Source of the DNA: Acidimicrobiales bacterium
GTDB taxonomy: Bacteria; Actinomycetota; Acidimicrobiia; Acidimicrobiales; Aldehydirespiratoraceae
DNA length: 64,000 nucleotides
Assembly (NCBI GenBank): GCA_040219515.1
Contig: JAVJSI010000016.1
Coordinates: 61,390 to 125,389 of the forward strand
Direction: 5' to 3'
Shown here: positions 25,432-35,086 of the stretch, in pieces
Numbering within the stretch: the first letter of the stretch is position 1
Layout of the letters: every line of letters starts with the position of its first letter
Translations under genes and position numbers: made by a program
Notes under the pieces: generated by a model
Databases searched by the model: none
Seen by the model: the letters and a program-made list of their open reading frames with translations, nothing else
Told to the model about the DNA's origin: nothing

Positions 25432-27489
25432 ATGACGCGGTTTCGGTCACGCCCTGCTGTACCTTTCCCGCGCATGCCCTCCCGACCTCGCCCGGCCGCT
25501 CGTCCAAGCGGCCATCGCTCCGCCACCGTCACGGTCGTCCTCGCGCTCTTCGCGACGCTGGTGAGCGTCGTGCCGGTGAGTGGCGCACCAGTCGCCTGTC
25601 CGGCCGGCACCATGGCGTTCGACGACGTTCCCGCCTCGTCGTTCGCGTACGACGACATCGTGTGCATCGAGCGACTGGACATCACCACCGGCACGAGCCC
25701 GACGACCTACTCACCGAGCGATTTCGTGACCCGTGAGCAGATGGCGTCGTTCCTCTCCCGGCTCTACCGGGTCATCAACGGCGAGGCCGCGCCGGTGGCT
25801 GCCACACCGTTCACCGATGTCGCCGCCGACTCCTTTGCCACGCGCGACATCGCCCGGATCTACGGGCTCGGCATCACCACGGGCACGACGGGCACGACGT
25901 ATGCGCCGGAGGACTTCGTGACCCGTGAGCAGATGGCGTCGTTCCTCGCCCGGCTGCGTCGGGTGCTCGAGGGCTATTGCGCCTCACCGGAGAGCCCGTT
26001 CACCGATGTGGCGGACACCTCGTTCGCGAAGCTCGATGTCGCGTGCCTCTACGGCCTGAAGATCACGACCGGCACCACGCCCACGACGTACTCGCCGAAC
26101 GATTTCGTCACGCGGGAACAGATGGCGTCGTTCCTCGCCCGCTTCTACCGGACGGGACGGCGCGACGCGAGCTTCACTCCACGGCCGCCGCGTCCAGGAG
26201 ACCCCGTGGTCCCTCGCAACCCGGTCGACCCCCGCAACCCTGTTGATCCCCGAGACCCGCTGGATCCGCGCAACGTGAGCTGCGCGTTGCGAACCGAGTA
26301 CGTCGATGTGAACGAGGTCGTGACGACCGGCCGTCTCGCCGTGTGGTGGGGCCCGACCGGCGGCGATCTCACCGACATCGCCGACCTCGTGCTCGACGAC
26401 ATGGCGTGGGCGTGGGACGTTGCCACCGACACACTGGGGTTCGATCCGCCGCAGGGTTTCCCCGAGTACTGCACCAACATCTACCTGATCGACACCGGTG
26501 GCGTCACCGACAGCCTGACCGCGGGCTTCGGCGAGGACGTCAACGGCGTCCCGTATGTGAACCTCCCCGTCGGCATCGCCTCGCAGTTCCTCACGACGCC
26601 GCCCGGGCCGAACTCCCAGAGTCAGTACACGACCCACGAGATGATGCACGTCTTCCAGGTCGGTGCGCCGTTCCCGAACAGCGGCGACGCGGCCTGGTAC
26701 TGGGAAGCAGTGGCCGAGTGGTTCGTCGACCGGGTGCACCCCACCGACACCGTCGGCAAGGACTCGATCGGTCAGTATCTGCTGAACCCGCAGCTGCCGC
26801 TCTGGGCCTCCAGGAACAACCAGGGGTCGCCGGCCGGAGAGCTCAGCGTGAGCCGACGCTTCCACGACTACGGGGCCGGCGCCTTCCTCACCTGGCTGAG
26901 CGAGGGCAACGGTGCGACCAGCGCGATCGTCGACTCCTGGGACGACGTGCCGTCCGGCACCCTTCCCCAGGAGTGGCTCTTCGACGAACTGGCTCGCGAC
27001 GGCGAGGACATGGCTGCCTCGTTCGTCGACTTCGCCGCTCACGCGGCGACGGTCGACTTCTCCCGCAATGCTGCGGCGATCCGGAACCATCGCGACGAGG
27101 CTGCGTCGTCCGCGGCGAACGCGGGCGACGTCCACTTCCGGACGGCGACCGTGGGCAATGCCGGCATCGGCTGGACCGGTGCCCCCAGCTCCTTGATTCC
27201 GGGTGCGTGGGCCTACAACGCCATCTCGCTCGCGGCCACGTCGGCCGGCACCTTCTCGGTCGAGATCGACCCTGCGGCCACCGGATCCAAGGGGAGCCGG
27301 TCCGATCTCCGGGGAGTGGCGGTTCGCCAGCGGGGAAACACCCGCACCTACGTCCCGTTGGGCAGTGACGACAAGGCCTCGGTCGCGGTTGTCGCCGGTG
27401 ACGAGCTGTGGCTCGTCGTGGCGAGTGTGCCCGACGTGTTCAGCGGCAACGAGCGCTTCGACTACGACTACCGCTTCGTGAAGTCGTAG
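25432..27489 (+). CDS. Secreted protein with three SLH domains + HExxH(+E) metallopeptidase-like domain
   Basis: 3x SLH (FDDVPASSFAYDDIVCIERLDITTGTSPTTYSP.DFVTREQMASFL), a PRNPVDPRNPVDPRDPLDPRN linker, then TTHEMMHVFQ...WYWEAVAEWF (gluzincin-like). An alternative start is the ATG at 25474. Confidence 0.75.
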   Translation: MTRFRSRPAVPFPRMPSRPRPAARPSGHRSATVTVVLALFATLVSVVPVSGAPVACPAGTMAFDDVPASSFAYDDIVCIERLDITTGTSPTTYSPSDFVTREQMASFLSRLYRVINGEAAPVAATPFTDVAADSFATRDIARIYGLGITTGTTGTTYAPEDFVTREQMASFLARLRRVLEGYCASPESPFTDVADTSFAKLDVACLYGLKITTGTTPTTYSPNDFVTREQMASFLARFYRTGRRDASFTPRPPRPGDPVVPRNPVDPRNPVDPRDPLDPRNVSCALRTEYVDVNEVVTTGRLAVWWGPTGGDLTDIADLVLDDMAWAWDVATDTLGFDPPQGFPEYCTNIYLIDTGGVTDSLTAGFGEDVNGVPYVNLPVGIASQFLTTPPGPNSQSQYTTHEMMHVFQVGAPFPNSGDAAWYWEAVAEWFVDRVHPTDTVGKDSIGQYLLNPQLPLWASRNNQGSPAGELSVSRRFHDYGAGAFLTWLSEGNGATSAIVDSWDDVPSGTLPQEWLFDELARDGEDMAASFVDFAAHAATVDFSRNAAAIRNHRDEAASSAANAGDVHFRTATVGNAGIGWTGAPSSLIPGAWAYNAISLAATSAGTFSVEIDPAATGSKGSRSDLRGVAVRQRGNTRTYVPLGSDDKASVAVVAGDELWLVVASVPDVFSGNERFDYDYRFVKS

Positions 27490-27508
27490 CGTCGCCGGCA
27501 TCGGCCCG

Positions 27509-28753
27509 GTGGAGGAATCGGGCTGCGTCGCGTCACTCCGCTACCGTCCGCCCGTGTCCGACTCCACCTCGAGCGGGGCGATCCCGCTCCGGCGCGACCC
27601 CAACATTCCGTACTACGTCGTCACCGCGGTGCTCACGATGGGCTACGGATCGGTGTTCACCCTGCTGGCCGAGTTCCGCAACGAGTTCGGGTTCAGTGAG
27701 AGTCAGCTGGGGCTCATCGCATCGGCCGGCTTCTTCGCCGGCTTCGTCGCCCAGGTGGGCCTCGCCCCGCTTGCCGACCGGGGTCGCACGGCGCAGATGA
27801 TCCGCGGTGGGGTCCTGCTCGCCGCCGTGGGGATGCTCGGTATGGTCGTCGCCGATCAGCTGTGGATGTTCGTCGGGTCACGAGTGGTGTTCGGGCTCAG
27901 CACCGGTGCCGTCGCTCCGGCCATGCGCCGGCTCCTCATCACCCGCGACCCGGACGCTGTGGGCACGACGCTGGGCCGGCTCACTGCGTTTGACATCAGC
28001 GGGTTCGTCCTCGGCCCCGTCCTGGCCGCGGTGATGGTGGAGCTGGGCGGCATCAGACTCCCGTTCATCGTTCTCATGGCTGCGAACCTGCTCCTGTTCG
28101 GATGGGTCGGCCGCCTCGACCTGCGCACGCCGCCCGGTGACGGTGTCCGGCGCCCGACTCTGCCGCTGCTGCGAATCCCCCGGATCCAGTCGGCGCTGTT
28201 CGCCGGCGTCGCGTTCTATCTGACCATCGCCTACTTCGAGGCGACCTGGGCGCTCCTCCTCGACGACAATGGGGCCGAGACGTGGTTCATCGGGCTGTCG
28301 TTGAGCCTGTTCACGATCCCGATGATCCTCATCGCGCCGACCGGCGGCCGCATGGCGCAGGCGCGCGGCCACGCGGCGGTGGTCGGCTGGTCGATCTCCG
28401 TCGCGGCGGTCTGCACACTTCTCTACGGCTGGGTCGACGGCCTCTGGATCCTGCTGCTCGTGTCGGTGGTGCACGCCATCGCGGATGCATTCACGATGCC
28501 GGCCAACCAGGTGGCGATCGCGACGGCGACACCGCGCGAACAGCTCGCGGCAGGACAGGGGCTCTTCAGCGCGATCGGCGTGCTCGTGTCGGGCGTGGTC
28601 GCCTATGGTGCCGGTGCGCTCTACGAGGCCGAGGGCCCGAAGTTGCTGTTCACCTCGGCGTCGATGGCAATGATCGTGTTCCTGGGGCTGTCCTTGTGGC
28701 GGCACCGCTCGGCGCCGGTCGCCGAGAGAACGATGCAGGAGGAGAGACTGTGA
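27509..28753 (+). CDS. MFS transporter
   Basis: 414 aa, about 12 hydrophobic helices, with the MFS loop motif GLAPLADRGRTAQ between TM2 and TM3. Confidence 0.85.
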   Translation: MEESGCVASLRYRPPVSDSTSSGAIPLRRDPNIPYYVVTAVLTMGYGSVFTLLAEFRNEFGFSESQLGLIASAGFFAGFVAQVGLAPLADRGRTAQMIRGGVLLAAVGMLGMVVADQLWMFVGSRVVFGLSTGAVAPAMRRLLITRDPDAVGTTLGRLTAFDISGFVLGPVLAAVMVELGGIRLPFIVLMAANLLLFGWVGRLDLRTPPGDGVRRPTLPLLRIPRIQSALFAGVAFYLTIAYFEATWALLLDDNGAETWFIGLSLSLFTIPMILIAPTGGRMAQARGHAAVVGWSISVAAVCTLLYGWVDGLWILLLVSVVHAIADAFTMPANQVAIATATPREQLAAGQGLFSAIGVLVSGVVAYGAGALYEAEGPKLLFTSASMAMIVFLGLSLWRHRSAPVAERTMQEERL

Positions 28754-30984
28754 TCGATCGTCGAGGGTTTCTGGTCGGAGCATCGTCGCTCGCCGCATTG
28801 ACGGCGTGCAGTGGCGGAGGTGGTTCGGGCGATGGCGCGCCGTCGACGACCACCACTGGGACGAGCACGACGTCGACGGTCGCCCCGACGACGACCGGAG
28901 CCGCACCGGCCGCCGGCGGCCTGGCCGCGCCCGGCAGCGCCGGACTCGTCGACGAGAGCTACTTCCAGACGCAGATCGACAGCTATCTCACCTACGCGAC
29001 GGCGTCGCCTCGGCCTGCTTCCGCGTCGGGCGTGGCGGTTCAGCTGGCGGCCGCCCGCCGGGACCCCTCATTCACGTGGGACATCGGCGCGGTCAGCGTC
29101 GAGGGCTTCGCCGATCGCTGGACCCAACTCGACGAGTGGCGTGACACTCGCGACTTCCAGTTCATGTATTTCAACTGGCTGCTCGCGCACGGCCAGGGAA
29201 CTACCGAGATGACCCGCATCGACCCGGCGGTCATCGAGGCGATCACCCAGCGGGTGCTGGCCAACCGCTACCGCTACGACGATCCGCTACCCGCCGACCG
29301 CGTCGACCATCTGTGGTACTGGTCGGAGAACCATCGCATCATCACGCTGTCCAACGAGCTGTTGGCCGGCCAGTTCTTCCCCGACGAGGTGTTCGAGGTC
29401 ACCGGGATGACAGGCGGCGAGCACTGGGCCCGGGCCCGCCCCGAGATCCTCGACTGGATCCACGAACGAGCCGAATTCGGCTTCTTCGAATGGCACTCCA
29501 ACGTGTACATGGCCAAGAACGTCACGCCGCTCCTCTCGTTGTGCGAACTCAGCGACGACGACGAGATCGTGAACGCCGCCGCGATGGGACTCGACCTCTG
29601 CCTCGTCGACATGGCGGCGCACTATCACCGGGGCGCCTACGTGGCGCCGCACGGGCGTACCTACAAGAAGGACAAGATGACCGCCCGCGACGAGGACACC
29701 TTCGACCTGGCGAAACTCCTCTTCGACCGCACGCCGGGCGACCACAGCTCCGTCGACAGCACGACGGCGACGTTCTTCTGTCTCGCCGAGAAGTACCGGC
29801 CACCGGCCGCGGTGATCGCGATCGCCCAGTCCGACGAAGTGTCGATCACCCGCGAGCGCCACGGCATCCATGTCAACAGTCGGGAGCCGATCAGCGATTC
29901 GCCCGAGGCGCCGTTCGGCTACGACTTCAAGGACCCGGCAAACATGGCGTTCTGGTGGTCGGCCGGGCTGATCGGGGTCTGGCAGATGGCCGAGGTGAGC
30001 ACTGCCGAAGCCAATGAACACCGTCTGTGGGAGGGTGATGTCTTCACCCAGATCAAGCAGCTCAGCGACGTGCAGGGCGGCGACGTCGAGAAGATCGAAC
30101 AGTGGCTGCTCGACAACTACATGATCCTCAACCTCGGCGGGCTCGACGAGGCGAACACCTATGCGTGGCGCAGCCCCCAGGTCAGCCTCGCGTCGGTACT
30201 CGATCACCGGAAGGGCCAGATGCGCGATCAGGTGCAGATCTGGCAGGCGACCATCGATCCCGACGCCCGGGTCTTCACCAACCATCCGATGACCGGCCTG
30301 CCCGAGTCGACCGACTGGAGCGACGACGGCGGCGACCCGGGCTACTGGACCGGCGAGGCCTCGATGCCCCGTACCGCCCAGTTCGAGCGGACCGCCATCC
30401 ACATCTACTCACCGCTCTGGGACGAGACGACCGACGAGATCCTCGATCTCGTCTTTCGCTACCGCGACTACACCCACGCCTACTTTCCCCAGGACCACTT
30501 CGACGAGGTACGTCAGGTCGGCAACTGGACGCTGGGGGCGAGGAACGGGGGCTACGTGGCGCTCTGGTCGCAGCGCCCGGCGACGTGGCGAACCTACGAC
30601 CCGGCGGTGCACGCGACGAACGGCATGAGCAAACCCTTCGACCTCGTGGCCGAGGGCGGACCGGACAACGTCTGGATCGTGGAGGTCGGTACGGAAGACG
30701 ACGGGACGTTCGACGAATTCGTCACCGGCGTCACGGCCGACGAGCCGGTGGTGACCGGGACGGGCGAGGTGGACGTCAGGTGGGTGTCGCCGAGCGCGGG
30801 GGAGATGAGCTTCGGCTGGTCTGCGCCGTTCGTGGTGGCCGGCATCGACACGCCGATCGCCGACTTTCCACGGCACGACTCGCCCTGGGGAATCGTCGAG
30901 CGACTCGAGACTCGGCACCGGTTGGCGGCCGGTGATGCAACGCTCGACCTCGATTTCGATGCGATGACCCGAGCGCTCGGCTGA
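28750..30984 (+). CDS. Tat-signal lipoprotein of unknown function (large secreted protein)
   Basis: Trimmed to the GTG at 28750 (VIDRRGFLVGASSLAALTACSGGGG: twin-Arg + lipobox). It overlaps the MFS stop (GTGA). A Thr/Ser-rich linker is followed by ~680 aa in which I recognise no motif. Confidence 0.65.
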   Translation: MIDRRGFLVGASSLAALTACSGGGGSGDGAPSTTTTGTSTTSTVAPTTTGAAPAAGGLAAPGSAGLVDESYFQTQIDSYLTYATASPRPASASGVAVQLAAARRDPSFTWDIGAVSVEGFADRWTQLDEWRDTRDFQFMYFNWLLAHGQGTTEMTRIDPAVIEAITQRVLANRYRYDDPLPADRVDHLWYWSENHRIITLSNELLAGQFFPDEVFEVTGMTGGEHWARARPEILDWIHERAEFGFFEWHSNVYMAKNVTPLLSLCELSDDDEIVNAAAMGLDLCLVDMAAHYHRGAYVAPHGRTYKKDKMTARDEDTFDLAKLLFDRTPGDHSSVDSTTATFFCLAEKYRPPAAVIAIAQSDEVSITRERHGIHVNSREPISDSPEAPFGYDFKDPANMAFWWSAGLIGVWQMAEVSTAEANEHRLWEGDVFTQIKQLSDVQGGDVEKIEQWLLDNYMILNLGGLDEANTYAWRSPQVSLASVLDHRKGQMRDQVQIWQATIDPDARVFTNHPMTGLPESTDWSDDGGDPGYWTGEASMPRTAQFERTAIHIYSPLWDETTDEILDLVFRYRDYTHAYFPQDHFDEVRQVGNWTLGARNGGYVALWSQRPATWRTYDPAVHATNGMSKPFDLVAEGGPDNVWIVEVGTEDDGTFDEFVTGVTADEPVVTGTGEVDVRWVSPSAGEMSFGWSAPFVVAGIDTPIADFPRHDSPWGIVERLETRHRLAAGDATLDLDFDAMTRALG

Positions 30985-31097
30985 CGCCGAAATGGCGGGG
31001 ACATGAGGAAACGTGGGGGACGCGCCGAAACGTGGCAGACTGGATGAACCGTCATCGGTGAACGAGGCGAATTGCGCCTCGTTTTTCAAGAAAGTAT

Positions 31098-31304
31098 GTG
31101 ATTCCAGTGCAAGGCAAAGTGAAGTTCTTCAACGCTGAAAAGGGATTCGGATTCATCGAGCGCGAAGGCGCCTCCGACGTGTTCGTCCACTTCTCCAACA
31201 TCGTCGGTGACGGCTACAAGTCCCTCGACGAAGGCCAGACCGTCGAATTCGACGTCGCTCCGGGACGCAAGGGCGAAGAAGCCCAGAACGTCCGGGTCGT
31301 CTGA
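31098..31304 (+). CDS. cspA: Cold-shock protein (CspA family)
   Basis: [30 protein letters not shown] contains the RNP1 (KGFGFI) and RNP2 (VFVHF) motifs. Confidence 0.95.
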   Translation: MIPVQGKVKFFNAEKGFGFIEREGASDVFVHFSNIVGDGYKSLDEGQTVEFDVAPGRKGEEAQNVRVV

Positions 31305-31381
31305 TCCAGTACGAATACCGACCAGCGCCGCCGGCCTTCGGGTCGGCGGCGTTCGTCGTTTTGGCGTCGTTGCCGATCGGC

Positions 31382-32533
31382 TCAGTGTTCGGCGATGAGT
31401 GGCCCCGCGAGGGTCGGCCGGTCGGGGGCGAGGTCAGCGGGCGTAAGCCCCGCGGCGCTGAGGTCGGTGGGGAGCTCGCCGTCGACGACGAGGGCAGCCG
31501 CGGCCCGGGCCAGGGCGGGCGCCATCTGGATCCCGTAGCCGCCCTGGCCGACGCACCAGTGGAATCCCGCTGCGTCGGGCGCCTCGCCCACGACGGGCGA
31601 CCGATCCGCCGCGAAGGTCCGGAGCCCGGCCCAGGTCGACGTCACGTGGTGGACATCGAGCGTGAGCCAGTGGTTCAGTGCGTCGAGGCCGAGCGCGATG
31701 TCGATCTCGTCGGGACGGGCGTCGCAGGGTGCCGACGGCGTCTCGTCGGCGGGGGAGACCAGGAGGCCGCCGGGCTCCGGTTTGCAATACCCCGCCATGA
31801 CACCGTCGTCGTTCTCGAAGGCGACGAGTGGCCAGCCGGCCGTATCGACCTCGGCCGGCAGGCCGACGATGCCCACCGAGCGACGCAGCGGGTGCAGCCC
31901 GACCGGCGACACACCGGCGCGGCGGGCAACCTCGTCGCCCCAGGCTCCGGCGGCGTTGACCACGGTCGGGGTGTCGATGACCTCGCCGTCGGCCAACTCG
32001 ACCGACCAGGCCTGGTGGCGCGAGAGCGACACTGCCGGACTCGAGGTGCGGACGATCCCGGCCCGTGACCGCAGCGTCGCGACGTACGACTGATGGATCG
32101 CGGCGACATCGAGCTCCATCGCGCCCGGCTCCAGCACGCCACACGTGACATGTTCGGCCAGCGCAGGGACGAGGCGTCGGGCCTCGGCGCCGTCGACGAA
32201 GCGAGTGTCGGACGCCACGGTGAGCGCAACCGCGGCGTCGGCCGAGAGTTGGGCCTCGTGCGCCTCGCTGCCGACGCGAAGACACGCCCGTGGGGCCCAC
32301 AACGGCACCTGCGGGTGACTGGCGAAATAGGTCGCCGAGGCGGCCGTGAGCCGACGGACGACCTCGTTGCCGTAGTTCGCGAGGTACTGGGCCGCCGATC
32401 GACCCGTCGTGTGGAACGCCATGGTGGGCTCCATCTCGACGACGGTGACCCGCAACCCCCGGTTCGCCAGCTCCGCAGCGACCGACACGCCGGCGAGCCC
32501 GGCGCCGATGACGACACAGTCGGCGGTGCTCAT
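31382..32533 (-). CDS. FAD-dependent oxidoreductase (DAO / glycine-sarcosine oxidase-like family)
   Basis: N-terminal CVVIGAGLAGVSVAAELANRGLRVTVVE dinucleotide fold, 383 aa. Confidence 0.85.
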   Translation of the reverse strand: MSTADCVVIGAGLAGVSVAAELANRGLRVTVVEMEPTMAFHTTGRSAAQYLANYGNEVVRRLTAASATYFASHPQVPLWAPRACLRVGSEAHEAQLSADAAVALTVASDTRFVDGAEARRLVPALAEHVTCGVLEPGAMELDVAAIHQSYVATLRSRAGIVRTSSPAVSLSRHQAWSVELADGEVIDTPTVVNAAGAWGDEVARRAGVSPVGLHPLRRSVGIVGLPAEVDTAGWPLVAFENDDGVMAGYCKPEPGGLLVSPADETPSAPCDARPDEIDIALGLDALNHWLTLDVHHVTSTWAGLRTFAADRSPVVGEAPDAAGFHWCVGQGGYGIQMAPALARAAAALVVDGELPTDLSAAGLTPADLAPDRPTLAGPLIAEH

Positions 32534-32602
32534 TCGCAGGAGGCTACGTGACCCGGACGGTGGAAGATCGCTACGGTGGTGTCACCGGACGAGAGGAAAC
32601 CC

Positions 32603-33181
32603 ATGACCGTCACCGATCCCATCGAAGTCGACGCCAACCCGGACTCGTTCCGGCGCATGGACGAGTCCACCGCCGAGCAGTGGGCCGTCATCGGTGAGCG
32701 GACCTCGGCCAACCAGGGTCGGGTGGCCGACCGCATGATGATCCTGCTCGAGTCGTTGGCCCACATCAGTGACGGCTTCATCACCGATCAGCTCACGCAT
32801 TGTCTCCAGACGGCGACGATGGCCGAACGGGCCGGCGCCGACGACGAGATGATCTTCGGAGCGTTGTGCCACGACATCGGCAAGGCGATCTCGGTGCCGA
32901 ACCACGGCGCCATCTCCGCCGAGATGATCAAGCCCTACGTGCGCAACGACGTCTACGAGGCGATCAAGAACCACCAGGACTTCCAGGGCCGCCACTACTA
33001 CCAGCACTTCGGCGTGCCCACGAACCTGCGGGATCGCTTTGCGGACGAGTCATGGTTCGCATTGTGCGAGCAGTTCACCGACGACTGGGACCAGCAGGCG
33101 TTCGATCCCGACTACGACACGCTGCCGCTCGAGCACTTCGAGCCGCTCATCCGCCGGCTGACGGCGGAAGCGAAGTTCTGA
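32603..33181 (+). CDS. HD-domain protein (possibly PhnZ/MIOX-like HD oxygenase family; tentative)
   Basis: LTHCLQTATMAERAGADDEMIFGALCHDIGK...NHGAISAEMIKPYV...AIKNHQDFQGRHYYQHFG. The start is set at the ATG at 32603 after GAGAGGAAA. Confidence 0.75.
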   Translation: MTVTDPIEVDANPDSFRRMDESTAEQWAVIGERTSANQGRVADRMMILLESLAHISDGFITDQLTHCLQTATMAERAGADDEMIFGALCHDIGKAISVPNHGAISAEMIKPYVRNDVYEAIKNHQDFQGRHYYQHFGVPTNLRDRFADESWFALCEQFTDDWDQQAFDPDYDTLPLEHFEPLIRRLTAEAKF

Positions 33182-33182
33182 A

Positions 33183-33950
33183 TCAGGCGCGAAGGCGCAG
33201 CCGCCACTTGACGAGCGTGCCCACGGCCTGGAGGCCGTCGCGCCAGCCGATCTTCTTGCCGTCGTCGTGGGTGCGAGCCTCGTAGTCGATCGGCACCTCG
33301 TGAATGGTCACACGGCGGCGCAGCAGCCGGGCGGTGATCTCGGGCTCGATGTCGAAACGGTCGGCTTCGAGCCGCATGTCGTCGAGGAGATCCAGCCGGA
33401 TCATCTTGTAGCAGGTCTCCATGTCCGTGATGCCGGCCCCGAACAGCACGCGGGTCATCGCCGTGAGGCCCTTGTTGGCCCAGCGATTGCGACGGCGCAT
33501 GCCGGTGGTCTCGCCGAGGAAACGGCTGCCGTAGACGACATCGGCGGTGCCGTCGATGATCGGGCGGAGCAGCTGCTCCCACTGCGTCGGGTCGTACTCG
33601 AGGTCGGCGTCCTGGATGACGACGACGTCACCGACCGCAGCGTTGAGACCGGTGCGAATGGCGGCGCCCTTTCCGCGATTCTGCGGGTGCTTGGCCACGC
33701 GCAGCCGGGGATCCGGGATGGAATCGAGGATGTCGAGCGATGCGTCGCTCGACCCGTCGTCCACTGCGATCAGGTCGATGTCGACACCCAACTCGAGGTC
33801 GAGGACCCGGTGGATGACGTCGGCCAGAGTCGACTCCTCGTTGAACACCGGCATGATCACCGACAGGGTGGGACGGGTGATCCCGCCGTGGGTGTCGGTG
33901 GGGCCGTCTGTCGCGGCGGGCGCGGCAGGCGAGAGCGTGTGGGAAGCCAT
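33183..33950 (-). CDS. Family-2 glycosyltransferase (polyprenol-phosphate hexosyltransferase-like)
   Basis: LSVIMPVFNEESTL...LIAVDDGSSDASL...HPQNRGKGAAIRTGL...VIQDADLEYDP. Confidence 0.9.
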   Translation of the reverse strand: MASHTLSPAAPAATDGPTDTHGGITRPTLSVIMPVFNEESTLADVIHRVLDLELGVDIDLIAVDDGSSDASLDILDSIPDPRLRVAKHPQNRGKGAAIRTGLNAAVGDVVVIQDADLEYDPTQWEQLLRPIIDGTADVVYGSRFLGETTGMRRRNRWANKGLTAMTRVLFGAGITDMETCYKMIRLDLLDDMRLEADRFDIEPEITARLLRRRVTIHEVPIDYEARTHDDGKKIGWRDGLQAVGTLVKWRLRLRA

Positions 33951-33985
33951 GCTCCCATATCGGCTGATTTCGGTGCTTCTTGACG

Positions 33986-35023
33986 TCAGCGGCGACGGAT
34001 CTCGATGGTGCCGGCGCCGGCGCTCGTCGACCCGATGGCGGCGGCGCGGTGACCCGACGACTCGAGCGCGAGCAGCACGTCAGCGGCCACCGCCGGATCG
34101 ACGCCGAACAGCAGCCCCCCGGAGGTCTGTGCATCGGCGAGCACGGTGACATCGAGGTCGGTGACCCCGTCGCCGATCTGCAGCCGATCCTCGATCCAGG
34201 CGAGGTTTCGGCCGGTGCCGCCAGGCACCACGCCGGCGGCGGCGAGCTCTGCCGAGCCGTCGATGACGGGCACGGCGTCGACGTCGACCCGGAGGTCGAC
34301 TCCCGACTCCTCGGCCATGCGTCCGCCGTGCCCGAGCAGGCCGAATCCGGTGACATCGGTGGCGCCGGTGGCCCCTGCCTCGACCGCGATTGCCGCGGCG
34401 GCAGCATTGGTGCGGATCATGCTGGCCACGGCCGTGGCGACGATGTCGGGGGCGGCCGCACCGCGCTTGAGCCCGGTGGTGATGATGCCGATGCCGAGTG
34501 GCTTCGTGAGGATCAGTGTCTGGTGGGGCCGTAGGCCTGCGTTGGTCAGCATCCGGTCGGGGTGGACCTCGCCGATGACCGCCATGCCGTACTTGGGTTC
34601 GGGGTCGTCGACGGTGTGGCCGCCGGCGACGACGAAGCCGCTCTCGGCCGCGATGTCGTGCCCGCCCTGGAGAACGTCGCCGAGCAGTTCGGTCGAGAGC
34701 TCCTCGGTGTTCCAGCACACCAGGTTCAGCGCGAGGAGCGGTCGCCCTCCCATCGCGTAGACGTCGCTGACCGCGTTGGCGGCCGCGACGCGGCCCCAGT
34801 CCCGCGCGTCGTCGACCACCGGTGTGATGAAGTCGGCGGTGACCACGAGGGCGCGATCGTCGGCGAGGCGCCACACGGCGGCGTCGTCGCCGGTGAGGGC
34901 GCCCACGAGAAGATCGGGGCTGTCGGTCGGGGAGAGGCGGCGCACGACCTGCGCCAGTTCGCCAGGGGCGAGCTTGCAGCCTCAACCAGCGCCGTGACTG
35001 AACTCGGTGAGTCGACGAGTCAT
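33986..35023 (-). CDS. selD: Selenide, water dikinase SelD, with in-frame UGA (selenocysteine) at 34984..34982
   Basis: The track ORF 33986..34945 is SelD-like (GGHTVDDPEPKYGMAVIG, LTKPLGIGI). Hand translation upstream gives MTRRLTEFSHGAG-TGA-GCKLAPGELAQVVRRLSP in the same frame. SHGAG[C/U]GCK is the SelD active-site loop. The total is 345 aa, and RBS GAGGGGG lies upstream of the ATG at 35023. Confidence 0.9.
34934..34984 (-). promoter_or_regulatory. Candidate bacterial SECIS element following the selD UGA
   Basis: The mRNA reads UGAGGC...[GGCGCA-GGUCG-UGCGCC]GCCUC. The 6-bp apical stem (34955..34939) has a GGUC-containing loop resembling my recollection of the E. coli fdhF SECIS apex. A lower stem GAGGC/GCCUC closes at the UGA. 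Confidence 0.5.
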
Positions 35024-35086
35024 CGTGAGGAACCCCCTCTCCCGCTCGGTGTCCGACCCTCGCACCCTACGTCGTAGGGTGACCGG

